Shown here one piece after another: positions 25,651 through 39,100 of a stretch of 64,000 nucleotides of DNA. Position 1 is the first letter of the stretch; each line of letters opens with the position of its first letter. The notes below the pieces were generated by a model. It was not told the DNA's origin. It worked only from the letters and a program-made list of their open reading frames with translations, and made no database searches. The stretch is taken from NCBI GenBank assembly GCA_040954595.2, contig CM082592.2, positions 4,294,735-4,358,734 on the forward strand. The letters are read 5' to 3'. The translations under genes and the position numbers were made by a program. Origin of the DNA: Balanoglossus misakiensis (lineage: Eukaryota; Animalia; Hemichordata).

Positions 25651-26504
25651 GATTCTTTATCTCAGAGCGATATGTGCAAAGACCATTATTGCATTCTGTA
25701 CAGTGTATGCAAATGCCATGGTGAGTCTGGATCTAGTCTAGCTCGAAGCTGTTCAGCAAACAACCACTGGCTGTGAGGTCAGGCTGGTACAAAATACTTA
25801 TGGAACAAGCAAGCTCATGTCATCAGGGTCAAACTAAGTTTTCTCTAAATTCTACAAGGCAAGAAGACGACTTGAAGAGCGCCCTCTATCGGCGTCGATT
25901 GTCAACACATCATTCACAGTGGTCAGCGAATGCAATCTGTTTGGCAGTGTTGCGTCTGTAAGCTTTGACAGGATGTCGTGGCATAAGGGTGTACCGGGTA
26001 CTAGACAAAATATTTGACAAAAAAAGGGATTTCTTTTAGTCAATGATGCTGCATGATATAAGCACACGATGACAGGGCTTGGCACGACACTATTTCGGAC
26101 ACAGCGTTATTTTGTCCGTTTTTTTTTTCAGTCAAGAAGAACTTTTCTAGATGTTAAGAGATAGGAGACTAGTTCGTTTCCCACATCAAGATTAACATTC
26201 ATTCAGATGCTGGCAACATTAACATATGACCCGAAATTCGACCTGTGTGCCGTACCACCTGTTGGAATGTGAAGTGATACGATTCTTCGGTTTTAAATAA
26301 TTCTGTTGGGTCAAACGGGGATTTTTCTGTTGTCATCTTATCAAATCAGCTTATGGCATTGGCTATATGCAATTTCTGTAACCAGAGTCTCTGGTTTGGC
26401 GCATGCGCATAAGACGCTCGTCGCCCTTTAAAGTCAAACTCAACTAAATGGAATCGAATTTACGTTTATTCCCACTGCCGTTTCTTCATCACTGCGTGTC
26501 TATC

Positions 26505-26567
26505 AGCCTGGTCTCCATACCCAGTGTGTTTTAGATAGACTCACACACTGGGTATGGAGTCCAGGCT
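26505..26567. repeat. 25-bp inverted repeat (hairpin or miniature element) between GTGTCTATC direct repeats
   Basis: AGCCTGGTCTCCATACCCAGTGTGT / ACACACTGGGTATGGAGTCCAGGCT with one mismatch; direct repeat at 26496-26504 and 26570-26578. Confidence 0.85.
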
Positions 26568-29500
26568 TAGTGTCTATCGACTCACCTAAATAGAAAGATA
26601 GAAAAAAAAATGCCAATACAAAACATAGAGCTAACATCACTTGAACGTCCTGGTCGACGCCAACCGGACATTTTATATTTCCTTCTTTGGCCCTGTCCGT
26701 GCAATGACATCGGGCGTTTCCATCTAAATGTCAAATTCCGTCATTTCATAGAAAACGTCATCCCACGCTTTCGTTTCATTTCTGTTTTTTCCAACCATAA
26801 CACTCTATACGCGTGCTTGTCGCTGAAAACACAATGGTCAGCTTTATCATTCTCACATACCACTCGATGTTGAGAGTTCCTCTATTTTGAGTCACGCCCA
26901 ATAAATTACCCGTACACTGAAACGATTGACAGAGTGCCCTTTTATCACGTCATTGTGTAAGCAGACATACGACCTCGTCTGTCCATCAAACCCAGAAAAA
27001 AAATAAAAAGTAGAAATAAGATGATCAGGTGCCAACCGATCGAGATCGCTAGCAACAATTGTCTTTGGAGTGTAAATTCATCCTTAATGTGATATTTGAA
27101 TCATTTTTCATCTTGAAACACTCCGTGAAATGACTTCGGATTAGAATAAAATAAGCCATGCATTAAATAGGTCTATATAGGTAAACCGTGTCAACGACCT
27201 CCCATATAATTAGTACATTCAGACATTGGCATCGCCAGTATATTGTGCTACTCGTCGCGTCCGATTGAAAAATATCGCGCGTCAGTGCATGGGCTTTATA
27301 AGCGTTCCTGTAAATGGATAGCGCGTGGTGATCTGGCTTAGACCTATAGATTTTTTTGGTGGAGAATTGTTGCTATGTGCGTCAGTAAAACGTCGACACG
27401 TTGACAAATGGTATATATCGGACAACGAGATTCCTGAAATACTAGCAAGCCCGCGATGCCACAATAACGCCCGGCCGACAGATGCGTTCAGTCGCACAGC
27501 AACAGACGGTATAATCCACATGTACAGAAGCGACCGTCCCTGTCAGATGCGCGTCGCTATTTCTGTATCCAGGAGACGCGGACGTCACTTGCCAACAAGT
27601 CAATCATATCCGCGCGGAACGTGGGAATGTAAACCAGGTGAAGGCCGTCGTTCCCGACTTGCACGTTCATATATATCGTGCGTATGTAGGCCTAGGCCTA
27701 TATCAATTTTGGAGTCAAGCCGGACGCGGTGAAGGTCATTCCCCCTATCGTCAGGCAGCGGAGGTCATGTGCGGTCAGGGTACTGTGCATGCGTTCGTGT
27801 ATGTAAAACAAGCTTAAGAATCCTTCTGTTTGATTCTCGTCGTCTTATTCGATTCGAGAATGACTCAGCGCACATCTTTTTCCTGGATGAAGTCACGTAA
27901 TTATTCATCAACTGGTCGCCGTGTTTCCCCGGTATACGTGAGCGTACACGGCTGCCACGCAGGCGCTGGAGAACATATCTATCCCAGATGATGTTTATAT
28001 ATTCGATTACAAATCGGGCGTATATAAGCGAATATGAAAATCGATTGCGTATGGCCTACCCAGCCTCGGAAATTGTTGAACTTGACACCACACCTTGAAA
28101 GTTCAGAAAAATTGACTAGGCCAATCAGGCAAATATTAAGTAATGGTGATTAACGTGGAAGTACCAGGAAGTCTAGGAAAATAAGATTTTGCCCCCCTCC
28201 CCCCCCCCCCCCCGCCCAAACTGCCTGAAAATCGCAGGAAAAAGCTGAACAAAGCATCATAAGCCCGAATTTAAATTATTTTGAGGATGTGATCTCTGAT
28301 GTATAAATAAAGAAACGCGGGTAGATGGCAATGCATTTAAAGTGGTGCTCTATATTATTTTTCACAATTATACAATTTTGAACTTCAAAATATCATTGAA
28401 TAGACAACATACAGTAATTTAACAAAACCAAGAGCAACAGTGTATTTAATACAAATAAAATAACATGGTGAAACTCAATACGTGTCTATATCAGAACAAC
28501 AACTGCATGAGGTCGGGACAACCTGACACACAGTACGCCGTAATAGAAGGGCTGTCTGTAGATTCCTCCACAATTATTAAAATAGCCACGCCCTCTCGAA
28601 AGAACACAGGCCTATACAACAAGGCCTGGAACGAGACGCATGACAAATCAAAAACAAAAACACGACCGGAAAGGGGCGGGGGCGACTGATGACAAACCAT
28701 ACTGCAGCAGATCGCAGCACGACCAAGTTTTGTGGCAAGAGAAATCGCAATAAGCGAGCCACATTGAACAATACAGCAATTCGTCCTTGTCTCGTGTGTC
28801 TAGCACGCCGAGTGTATTAGCAGTACTTTTGGCACTGTTCCATTCGCTTGACGTCATCTGAGCCTCGCTAGCTGATCTGCTGCATGCATGTATGTATGCA
28901 GCTCGTCAACATCTTCATCAAAAGCTGATTTGGCCAATACGCGTTCAACCTTTTACTTTATCCTTGACGATCTAAATAGACTATAAAGCGAGGCCTTAAT
29001 TTCTCTCCTGGCTTGAAAACGTGCGAAAGGGCGCGGATGGCGAAACAGGAAAAACAAGAGAATCGAAGAAAGGGCTCGTTGGGGGACCGACTTGTAATGA
29101 CCAACCTCCGGTAAAGCACACGGCAGTCACACACTTGATTCTATTTCGAACGAAATAATTTAACTTGAATAAATAAATAAATAAACAAATACATTGTGGA
29201 CATTCTGAAAGTGAGTTATCCCTTTCTCTTAATTAACCCGCCATTTGGTTTCTTCGGAGATTAACTTCTCTGCGTTTTATTCGTCAAAATATATTTGTCA
29301 TTTGTAAAAATAACACTGACCAGCAATATGATAATAATTATTCGCTTATATATTACACTGAATGAAATACCATGAATGTCCCGACCCGTTGACTTTACCA
29401 GTGAACAGAGGGGGGGGGGAGACAAAACTGCAGAGGTCAGGGGTCAGAACTCACGCAAACAGCTCTGAGGAGACTTACTGTGCCAGACACAACTGTATCA

Positions 29501-29958
29501 ATACGCGGGTACAATGTCCTATGATATTCATCGTTGTGCGCATGTCATTTAAAGTGTCGATGCGTGACACAATTTCAAGGGCGAAGCGATATATGACACA
29601 CCGTAAATAGGAAAGGGGGCCATTGTCCGAGTTGATCTATAATTATTAGTAAAACATGTACAATGAAAGTGGGTGGGTATGGTTTAGTGGTAGCCATATT
29701 TGCGATTTCCTGAGTGTCTTTGCTCCTTTGTTTTCTGAACTATCAATTTCATATATTTGTTTACATGGACAGTTTCTTTCTTTCTGTCGATCGAGCGAAT
29801 CGCTTCTGATATGAATGGATCATAAGAGCAGACGGCGACGTTCACACGGGACTTCTGTCACTGTCCAATGATTGTACCGTATCCTGTTGTCTGAAATCTC
29901 TTTGGATTTTAGCTTCTGCCATAAAAATTCTAATAATCTAATATTCTAAAATTGCTCA

Positions 29959-29959
<1 letters not shown>

Positions 29960-30003
<44 letters not shown>

Positions 30004-30064
30004 CCAACCAACCAACCAACCAAACAAACAAACAAACAAACAATAAAATAATTAATAAATAAAT
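29960..30064. repeat. Compound (TAAG)n-(AACC)n-(AAAC)n-(AAAT)n microsatellite
   Basis: Directly visible. Confidence 0.93.
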
Positions 30065-33000
30065 ATATATAGCCACTGATTATCATGAAGATGCTGCGCC
30101 TCTGGTGTGGGGTACTTTAAGTTATGAATATATTCGATCAAAATTCAAAACAGTTGCCAAACTACGAGTCAACTCTCAATAGAAAATATAATGTAACAGT
30201 GGTTAACAATCAAATTTTGACATTCAAAGTTGCTGCTTAGTAAACGTGACTACGTGTTAAAATTAATTGTTTCAAAATTTTTAATATGTTTCTGTCAAAA
30301 TTCAAACATTACTTCTACACCGCACTACGTATCAATTCTTGTTGGGGAATTTGTTGGAAATGCAACTTGATTCAAAAATTCAAAACTGTTGCCAAGGTAC
30401 GTTAGTGGCGAGTTTTGAATGTGGTTAAGTCAGAATTTGAAGTGTAAAATGGCAGCAACCACTACGCGTTAACTCAATGGGATAGTTTTGGATGGTTGAT
30501 TTTACAACAAGCTGAAAGCCGGCGTGGAATCTTCGTTTCTCGTTCGAAGTCGTTCATTACATACTAAAAAATAACGTTGAGTTGAAACATTCCGGCCTAA
30601 CGTTCTTCTTGAATTCGTTTCCAGTGCAATCATATTTTTACATTACAGTACAGCATATAAGAGCGATGGTATGATTAAAAAATCAATGTCCTGCTCAAAG
30701 CGAAATGCAACTATAATCTTATGTACATAGCATCATAGCATAGTGTAGTGTGGCATACTTTATGTATATAGCACAGCATAGCATATTATCATAATAGGCG
30801 TGATTTCAAAAATTACAAAAGTTATGTTTATCGAAGCATTCTTTTCTTTATAAGAAACGATTATTTGAAACCCAGCCAGCTATTCTTATTACAAAATGAA
30901 AACCACCTCAAAATATTGTATACTTACCTCGTTCAAGGTTGTGTCACCGCCTGACTGTCCATCATTCCTCCTACAAGGATATCTCTTTTCACATAATCGA
31001 TCCAATTACACAAAATACCATTGGAAAGAGCGCGGTGTTGGCGACAAATACGCGCGGGTTTCCATACCAACCACGGGTTTGCTTTACATCGGAACTTGCT
31101 GTCTAATTACACCACGCACCATTAGATATTAGCGGGACTGGGGGGAAATGTTCGCGCTAGATTTTCTTCAATCTGAGCCCATTTAAAGGGGATCATCCAC
31201 TGACAAGTACCTCTGTGTATAAATTGACGGATTTCGTGGCATAAATTGCCCGTTTCCGTTTCGTAACGTCAGCGTGGATGTTTTTGTTGCAGTTCTAATC
31301 ATGACGTAATCGTTCGCTACTAAATTTGAGGTGATTTTTTTATGGGTTCCGTTGTCTGTTTCCTTCAAAAACGAATGAATACGTCACACACTACGAGGTA
31401 ACATCCCTGGCCTATTGCATCTGCATAAATGAAACTATTTTTGTCCACGCAAAAAAAAATGAAAAAAACACCAAGATCACAGTGTCAGTGTTTTCTCACG
31501 TTAATCCGATCCACATTTTATTTCGGATTTGGGGGGAAAAAAGAATTTCACCACAAAAACTTGCTTTGATGTCAGTGTATCGATTTGATTTCTGACTTTT
31601 TCCTGTCTGTCAAAGATCAACGCGGCGACCTATTTAGGACGCTTGCTTCCGTGCGGCCTGATGACTCAATGCAAGGTTACGGCCGCTTGTTTTGAAGAAA
31701 CGTCGCGAGCGAGTCACGTTTTCGGTGTCAGTGATAAATCTGTCAATCAGTCGAGACCTTGGAATTCAGGATGGTAGCATTTTTACAGTACTTGTACTAA
31801 ATTATATATAATCATCATTATATATGATTCTATAATTTTATATATTATTCTTTTAAATGTTATTTTAAATTACCAAGTAATGTATCGTGTATTATTTTCT
31901 ATCATGACGAAATATCATTTCTGGTCTAATATTAGTGCCATTCACGCAACACAGATAGAAAAAGCACACTGTACATTATAGATTTTAAAACTCTCGATGA
32001 ATGTAGAAAGATCGGATCATTAAAATGTTGTTTTTTCACTTTCATTCAACACCCATTGTGCATTCCCCAAAAAATGTATACACTACATGGAAAACAAAAT
32101 CTGAGGTTGATTTAGTATTCATTTATGCAAAGTTCATTAAACTTAATCGTTGAAATCCAATGATAATAACTCATAATTAAGAGTGAATATTCATTTACGT
32201 ATCAGGGACCGTGCCGTGTATATAATACGATGTATCTCCCAAATGTTGTATTTCACTGGAAATTGCAGCGACAGGTAGCAGGCGGCTAACTTGACAATTG
32301 TGAAACTTAAAAAAATCATATTCATCAAAATGATGAGACTGGTCATACTGTTGATGTATGGGTGTGGTGCAGGGACGAGGTTCAATGGCCATTTCGAAAT
32401 CGAGATCGGAATAAAACGTGGGATTTGACCTATACACTGAGGGTATACTAACTTAACCCTTTCTTAACCTTACTAACACGCAGCTACACAATTTGGCCGT
32501 GACGAAATGATGCAACTTTTTTTGCTCCACGTGGTGTTGACCGGAGAAACAAAACCCCGGACGCACTCTGACAAAGTCAAATCAGCTTTTTTTGCAGCGG
32601 AACACAATTAACACATATAAGCTTATTCCCTTCCTCTGTTTTGAGGAGCTTCTTTCTGTTTTTCTTAGTGAAAGTGCGCGATAGCTAGCTGATGATAACG
32701 TCGTCAACTCGCTCAAAGTCCCGTGTATTCGTGTTTACACACACACGAGTTCTCAGGGGCCACTTGATACGGCGATGACAACGGGGAGGTAATTTCCCCT
32801 CGCTGGGAAAGGCATCGGCCAACGACATGAGGTCACTTTGACATTTTAGTAACAGTTGTGGTTCTAGACATGATTTAATTGCACTACAAATCTCCACGTC
32901 TTCTTGGGAGTAACGTGGAAACGACGCTAAAATGTGCAATGCTTTTTCGCCTGAACGGGTGTAACACCCGTACCATGTACTTAAACCATAGTCAGTAGAC

Positions 33001-35817
33001 TGTCTATGCTTAAACCACCATGCGTTTTGCCATGAATAATCTAAGCTTACTGTTTATTTCCATTTTTAAATATAAAGGCATATTTTGTATTAAATTGCAA
33101 CTAAAATGCGCTGCACAGGAATCATATTTCAGAAAGTAATAATCGTCGACATCCGATGTTAGGCAGAGGAAAAAGCGGACATTTACAATAAAAAAAAGTA
33201 ATACAGTCTGCAGTTAGGTTAATAAAACAACAGGTGATGTCACCCAGGAAAAACAAACGAGACCATATAAATAGGCTGCGCACAGACTTTGAAACCTGTC
33301 CATCACTCCACGAGGGGTGAATGACCTGATAGATAACGATCGCTTTGACTTCCAAGGTGTTGAATGGCGATGACCTACTTACAACTCGCTCGGTGTAGGC
33401 GCAGGCGTTGCCAACAACGAAACGAAGGTGCATGCTCTCACCGGCGGCGTTATGCGAACGTGACGAGCGCCGCTGATAACAATACCTGCGCGACCTTGTC
33501 CCGATCTATCATCCGGGTCACACGCACAAAGGACTGTGGGTAATATTCATATTCCATTCACTTTCCAGACTTCAAATACAATACACTTTCCATATTGGAC
33601 TTGTATGTGTGTGTTTTCTGGAGTTATCATTCCGTGCCCCGTTTTGATTATTCGTGTATGTTTTCTGTCTCCCTGTGCAGTTTTTTTGTGACACCATTCC
33701 GTATTTTAACAAAACTTCACCGGTGATGCGACTTGTGCGAGTTCTTGCGAGCTGGCCAACAATTGGCGCCATTTTAAGCAGGCCACATGCGCTGTAAACT
33801 CGCGCCAACACGTCCACAATGATAATGTTAACATGCGAAGTCGCGTATCAGTATACGTATGTGCAGACCTGTATCTTGAGAGAGGTACGTGTTCCTTCTA
33901 AAGTCGATTTCGCCGCCGCTCTTCATGTCGGAAAATTCCGGCTGTGGGTGATGATATCAACGTGCGTCGCGGAAGAGGTTAATACCCGAGCCGGCGAAGA
34001 CGAGAAGATGTTTGCCTGTTAAGGTCGTTCCCGCTTCTCTCAACAACGTTTCCCACCGACAAGTTCACCCAAGTATGAACATGACAGCGAACATGACAGA
34101 ACACCACAAATTCTGATGTACACATGATTGTGGACGACACCATGAGCCCTGATGATGTACGGTACACCGGGCGATGAAAACGGAATATACTGATAGGCTG
34201 GAGGTAACGCGCACAATCCAGAGCGGGCGGACATCGACATCTACACCAAAACATCTAGCCTCAGCAAGAGGCGGAGTCCTATATGTCGGGCACTACAAAC
34301 TTTGAGATGCGATGTTTTAGTCTCACCGCCACGCCCGTCACTTTTAAGACCACTACAATTAAAGCGCTTCATATCTTCACAAGGCTAGGCTTAGTGGAAT
34401 TCTCGATTGTCCAGAACCACTGACGACAGCACTAGATTCGATAAAAAGTACGACCGATGATTTTTTTTACATCTTTTGAGGATATCTGGAAAAAAATGAT
34501 ATTTGCTCTACCATGCGACGAAAAAATTGCAAAAATTCGGTTGGTGCGTCGTCCGAATTTTTTTTTGGGTGATTTCGGTCGAATCCTTCACCGATCGCAT
34601 TGTTTCTAGCACATTCCAAACCATGATTGTCCAATGGTAAGTTTTTTTCTCGTTTATCATAATGCAGTGTGTTTGACAAAATACTGTTACACTTTTCATT
34701 ACACCTACCCTCCCCCTTACCCCCCCCCAAAAAAAAACAACAACCACCAAAACAACAACAGACCAGACTGAGACCAATGTGCCCGGGAATGTATATACAT
34801 ATACTCAGGTAGGACAAATAATGTTTTCTCTGTGTTCACCTGTTCTGTTGACGTTGTTATTGGCTGTCCTGATCTGTTATAATCGCAGTTCTATGTTACA
34901 GAGCGCCGGAAAGGCATGTGACTGGTCGATTGGAGGAAACGCTGTTGGTGCCTTAAGAAACTCGATGAGCTCTCTCGCACAAAAGCAGGGAGGTGGAGAC
35001 AGGCTTTTTTTGTGTTCCTGAAGATGCGGTCGCCGCGGCTTTCATTCCAACTGTACACACAGTACAACAGGGTCAGCCTCTCAACCGTTGTATTACAAAA
35101 CCGCTATATTCGGCGCTGACTACGACGAAACCACTGACTTCATTCACTGGAGGTCTTTCTTTCTTTTTCCGTCGGCGTCTCGTTTGCCGCAGAGAAGTTG
35201 CATTTTCAGCTCGACTGCCATGCTTACCCATCATATCGTCGCCAGAAATGCGGCCTGCCAGTGCCAGCACAGCAAATCGCCGGTGGATTTACATCGAGGA
35301 AATGATTCTGATCAAGCAGGGAGGGTGACGCATATGCGAGGAGGTGAGACAGAGCGATGAGTCGTCGTCAACTGGTGATTGACTCACGCAGCGATATCAG
35401 TGAAGCCTCGCATTTTTTGGGCAGAATTTTGCCTCGTCCGAAAACACGCCCTGAAGTCCAATCCCCACGACTTTCGCCAATGACCACTCGAACAGCATCC
35501 ATCATAGGTTTCTCATTCTCAAGCGCGAATTTCTCCATGCAGGGGGAAAGGTCGTGACCCAAGGTCACAGTAGTGTCATACCAAAAGCCAGAATATCATG
35601 AAAATTTGCCTGTGATTGGACTGTTCAACGGTGTCCATTTCACCTGTGGTATGCTAGTGTTTGTACAGAACTATGTTTCAACGGTTGCCCGCTAAGTCAC
35701 AGACTGGATATTTACGTTTGATTAAGTGTGTTTGTTTCACCCGTCAATACAGTAACACCGTGACATTCAAAAATGGCATGGCAACTGTCACTCAAAGAAA
35801 TCATAGCTGAAAGATAG

Positions 35818-35818
<1 letters not shown>

Positions 35819-35848
<30 letters not shown>

Positions 35849-36145
35849 TGTATGTATGTATGTATGTATGTATGTATGTATGTATGTATGTATGTATGTA
35901 TGTATGTATGTATGTATGTATGTATGTATGTGTATGTATGTATGTATGTATTTATGTATGTATGTATGTATGTATGTATGTATGTGTGTGTGTGTGTGTA
36001 TGTATGTGTGTATGTATGTATGTATGTATGTATGTATGTATGTATGTATGTATGTATGTATGTATGTATGTATGTATGTATGTATGTATGTATGTATGTA
36101 TGTATGTATGTATGTATGTATGTATGTATGTATGTATGTATGTAT
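35819..36145. repeat. (ATGT)n microsatellite
   Basis: Directly visible; explains the YIHT and MYVC ORFs. Confidence 0.97.
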
Positions 36146-39100
36146 TGGGGAGACAGTTGCATACAAGCAAATTGTGTAAACGAACGAGCGAACGAACAGT
36201 ATTTGAGGGCAATGTCCTAATTTTGCCATTGTTTGAACATAAAGGCGTTGTGCATGTACTCTATTGAGTCTGTAACACATTTTATCCCAATGCAGTAATC
36301 CAAATATAGTTCCAGTCGTGTTTATTGTACAACTTTTGCAACGAATCACAGATTTTCACTGGAAGGCCAAGCGAAAAAAAAGCGCACCATCACATCATTC
36401 ATTTATGTAAATTCAGATTTATGTATCCTTCAGTCTTGTCATTTGTGCAATGAAGGATTGTCGGGGGATTTTTTTTTGTCACTTGCCTTAACGTTGACAT
36501 CTCACATAGATTCAACTGTCAAGCAACATTCATCGTATCATACTATCTGGGCATGGTGATGTATTTCAAGTTGAGATCCACAGTTATTCTGAAAAATTAC
36601 TAGTATTCCGTTGTGTTACCTTCGGAAGACATGGTTTGTCAACGTGTCTGCTGCAAGTAATGTACACTGAGATGGCGCAGTTTCTAGTCGCCTGGACAGT
36701 ATAGGGAATTTGTCATCCACAACCAGGTGCATATTCGAAAAAAACAATCCAATTTGCATACTATAAATACTTGCACCTTTCATACACTGTACAGATATGG
36801 TTTTATCGGTGATTGTCTTGCCCGGACTTCAACATTTCGTCGTGGAAATTGCCATGATAAATAAGTTCAGTGCAAAGACATGGAGGACAGTTGACATTTC
36901 TGTGGTCTAACTCGACGGTGGCCACAAATTGGTGGCGAGGTCAGAAAGCTGTACGGGGCAAACGACTCCTTGGAACGGACTCAGTGGTGACGGCTGTCTG
37001 GTATGCGCTTCAGCGGTCCGTGCAGTGACAGTTTTCAATTGAGGCCATGGCGTTCGGAACTGACAGACAGGACATCCCCGCTGTCTGTGTTTAGAATTAG
37101 CGGAAGCTGCAGTCCGGCGAGCAGTGAAATGAAGCAAATATTGAGTTCAGATCGACGCTGAGAGGTGCCATGCCCGCCGACGCTGTCCAACCACGTCGCG
37201 ATTCCGATACAGAAGGTCATTCATTCGGGTCAACAAACTGTCATTTTTACCTTGGCGATTATGTCAGCGGAGAACGCTTACAACTACATTTACAGTTGTA
37301 ATAGATGGAACTGAACCAGTTGAATGTGCTGCCTTCAAAAGGCTCCTACACTCGTGGTCACGTGTACTTTTGGATCTGAAACGGTCGGTCGCGTCGCTCT
37401 ACTATCAAATCACCAGGTGAAATGAAAATACGCGCCAGTAGGCCTATACATCGTGCACACACACCAATTATGGGGGAAGATCGGTCAAAAAGGTCACTTC
37501 TAAGTTGCTATAGAAACAGAAGAGTCTGTTTTATAGGATTATGTTAGTTGATATTTTGAAACTTTGATGTATAGTTCGAATTCTGCGAGTGTGGTGCATG
37601 TTGGTTTTGGCTGTTGTTTATCTGATTTTTTTTTAAATTCTACTTCCAGGTTGTCTGGTCACATCGAGCTGATGATGACGCGCCAGTGGACAGGTAATGT
37701 GCGTCATCATTCCACGGAAACCAATCAAATCCGTCGTTTATTCTGTTCTCGGCTGATTATCCGTTTCTGACGTCTTACGTACCATACCTGTACGTCCCTC
37801 TTCCTTCACCAAAAGATCTATTTCCATTTACTGTTTCACTCTTCCCAACGTTTCCATCTTTTCCCCTCTGAGCCCCCTTTATTCATGGTGTTGTGACAAA
37901 CTCCTTGGCCCTGTTATATCTATGGGAGACATAGTATAAGATATACTATTGTACTGTACATCTCTTTTACTGTCTCTGTCTGCCTGTCTCTCGTGGTACT
38001 TTAGTGACTTTCTGTCTGATGGTACAATGACCCCTGTCTCTCCCCCCCCCCCCATCAGCAGTCAACGATATTCTGGAAATTCACAGTGCTTAAAAATCAT
38101 GTATCGTGATTAGCCAATGAGAGTTCGTACGTAATTTACATGTACGATCATACACCGAGTCTAGGCAAGTGTGTATTCATCTCTCATTTTTCCTCTTCCC
38201 TGTTTAGAATACGTTTTGTACCTGTTTGATGACAAGCTGGTCCTCTGACTTTGGTTGCCCTTTCACCGTTTCATGTCTGACACCTGGGCCTGTTACGTTC
38301 TTGCATAACTCACGTCTGTCATCACACGTGGTGTAAATTTGTCCCACAAGACAAATATTAAATCTTTTCATCTTGACGAAATCGGCCTTTTTGTTTGGTG
38401 AGTTTTCATCAAGTTGCATTTCTGGATCCAAGTTCTCCATTACGAACAAGTATTTCGATATTTTGGTATTGCGATTTTTTTTTTCAAAGATGATCCCATG
38501 TATACCTCTTGAGAAGCGTGTGACACTTATCACTAGAGGTGTATTTGGAAGTCGAATGATTTTTTCTCGGAGAGCAATCCGTTTTGTGACAAATCAGATC
38601 TGTCAATTACCTCGCTTCACCTGTATAAACTCTAATCCATAACCCGGTGCTGGCAGAGCAACTGTGCAAGTCACTAGACGCGCTGCTTCCAAAGTATTGA
38701 ACGACCACAAACTAAACAACAACCCATCCGAAATCGAAATCCGCCGAGAAGCGGGTCCGCTCGCGGATGCCGGTCACGTCTGCCGAGCAAACAGTTAGTT
38801 TAGTCCACACACCGTCTTGAGATCACCTTGGGGGCTAATACATTTCACCTCGGGACATTGGGGGGGGGGGGGGAAGTTGGGAAATGCCCAGACACCGTGT
38901 CAGAGGGCCGACCGCTAGGCCAGCCAGCAGATTGAACCCCGTTGTGGAGTGCAGCGTGCATGCCACTCCTGGAAAATGTATGGCGGTTTATTTTCCGTAT
39001 CATGTAATGACAACTATCCATAGGGTAGAGTGGTATTGAATCTCACTTCTCCAATCAAAACATAGTTGTCTCGATTCGCAATTGTGTCCGTGTTTATCTT

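Noticed and set aside
26399-26408. NRF1-like GCGCATGCGC as a promoter mark
   Set aside because: A single motif with no adjacent gene start identified.
34624-34645. TGATTGTCCAA resembling miR-219
   Set aside because: The 3' half differs and there is no fold-back.
36176-36200. Minus-strand TGTTCGTTCG resembling miR-375
   Set aside because: Low-complexity (GAAC)n-like sequence with no hairpin.
35788-36349. YIHT and MYVC repeat ORFs
   Set aside because: Translations of an (ATGT)n microsatellite.
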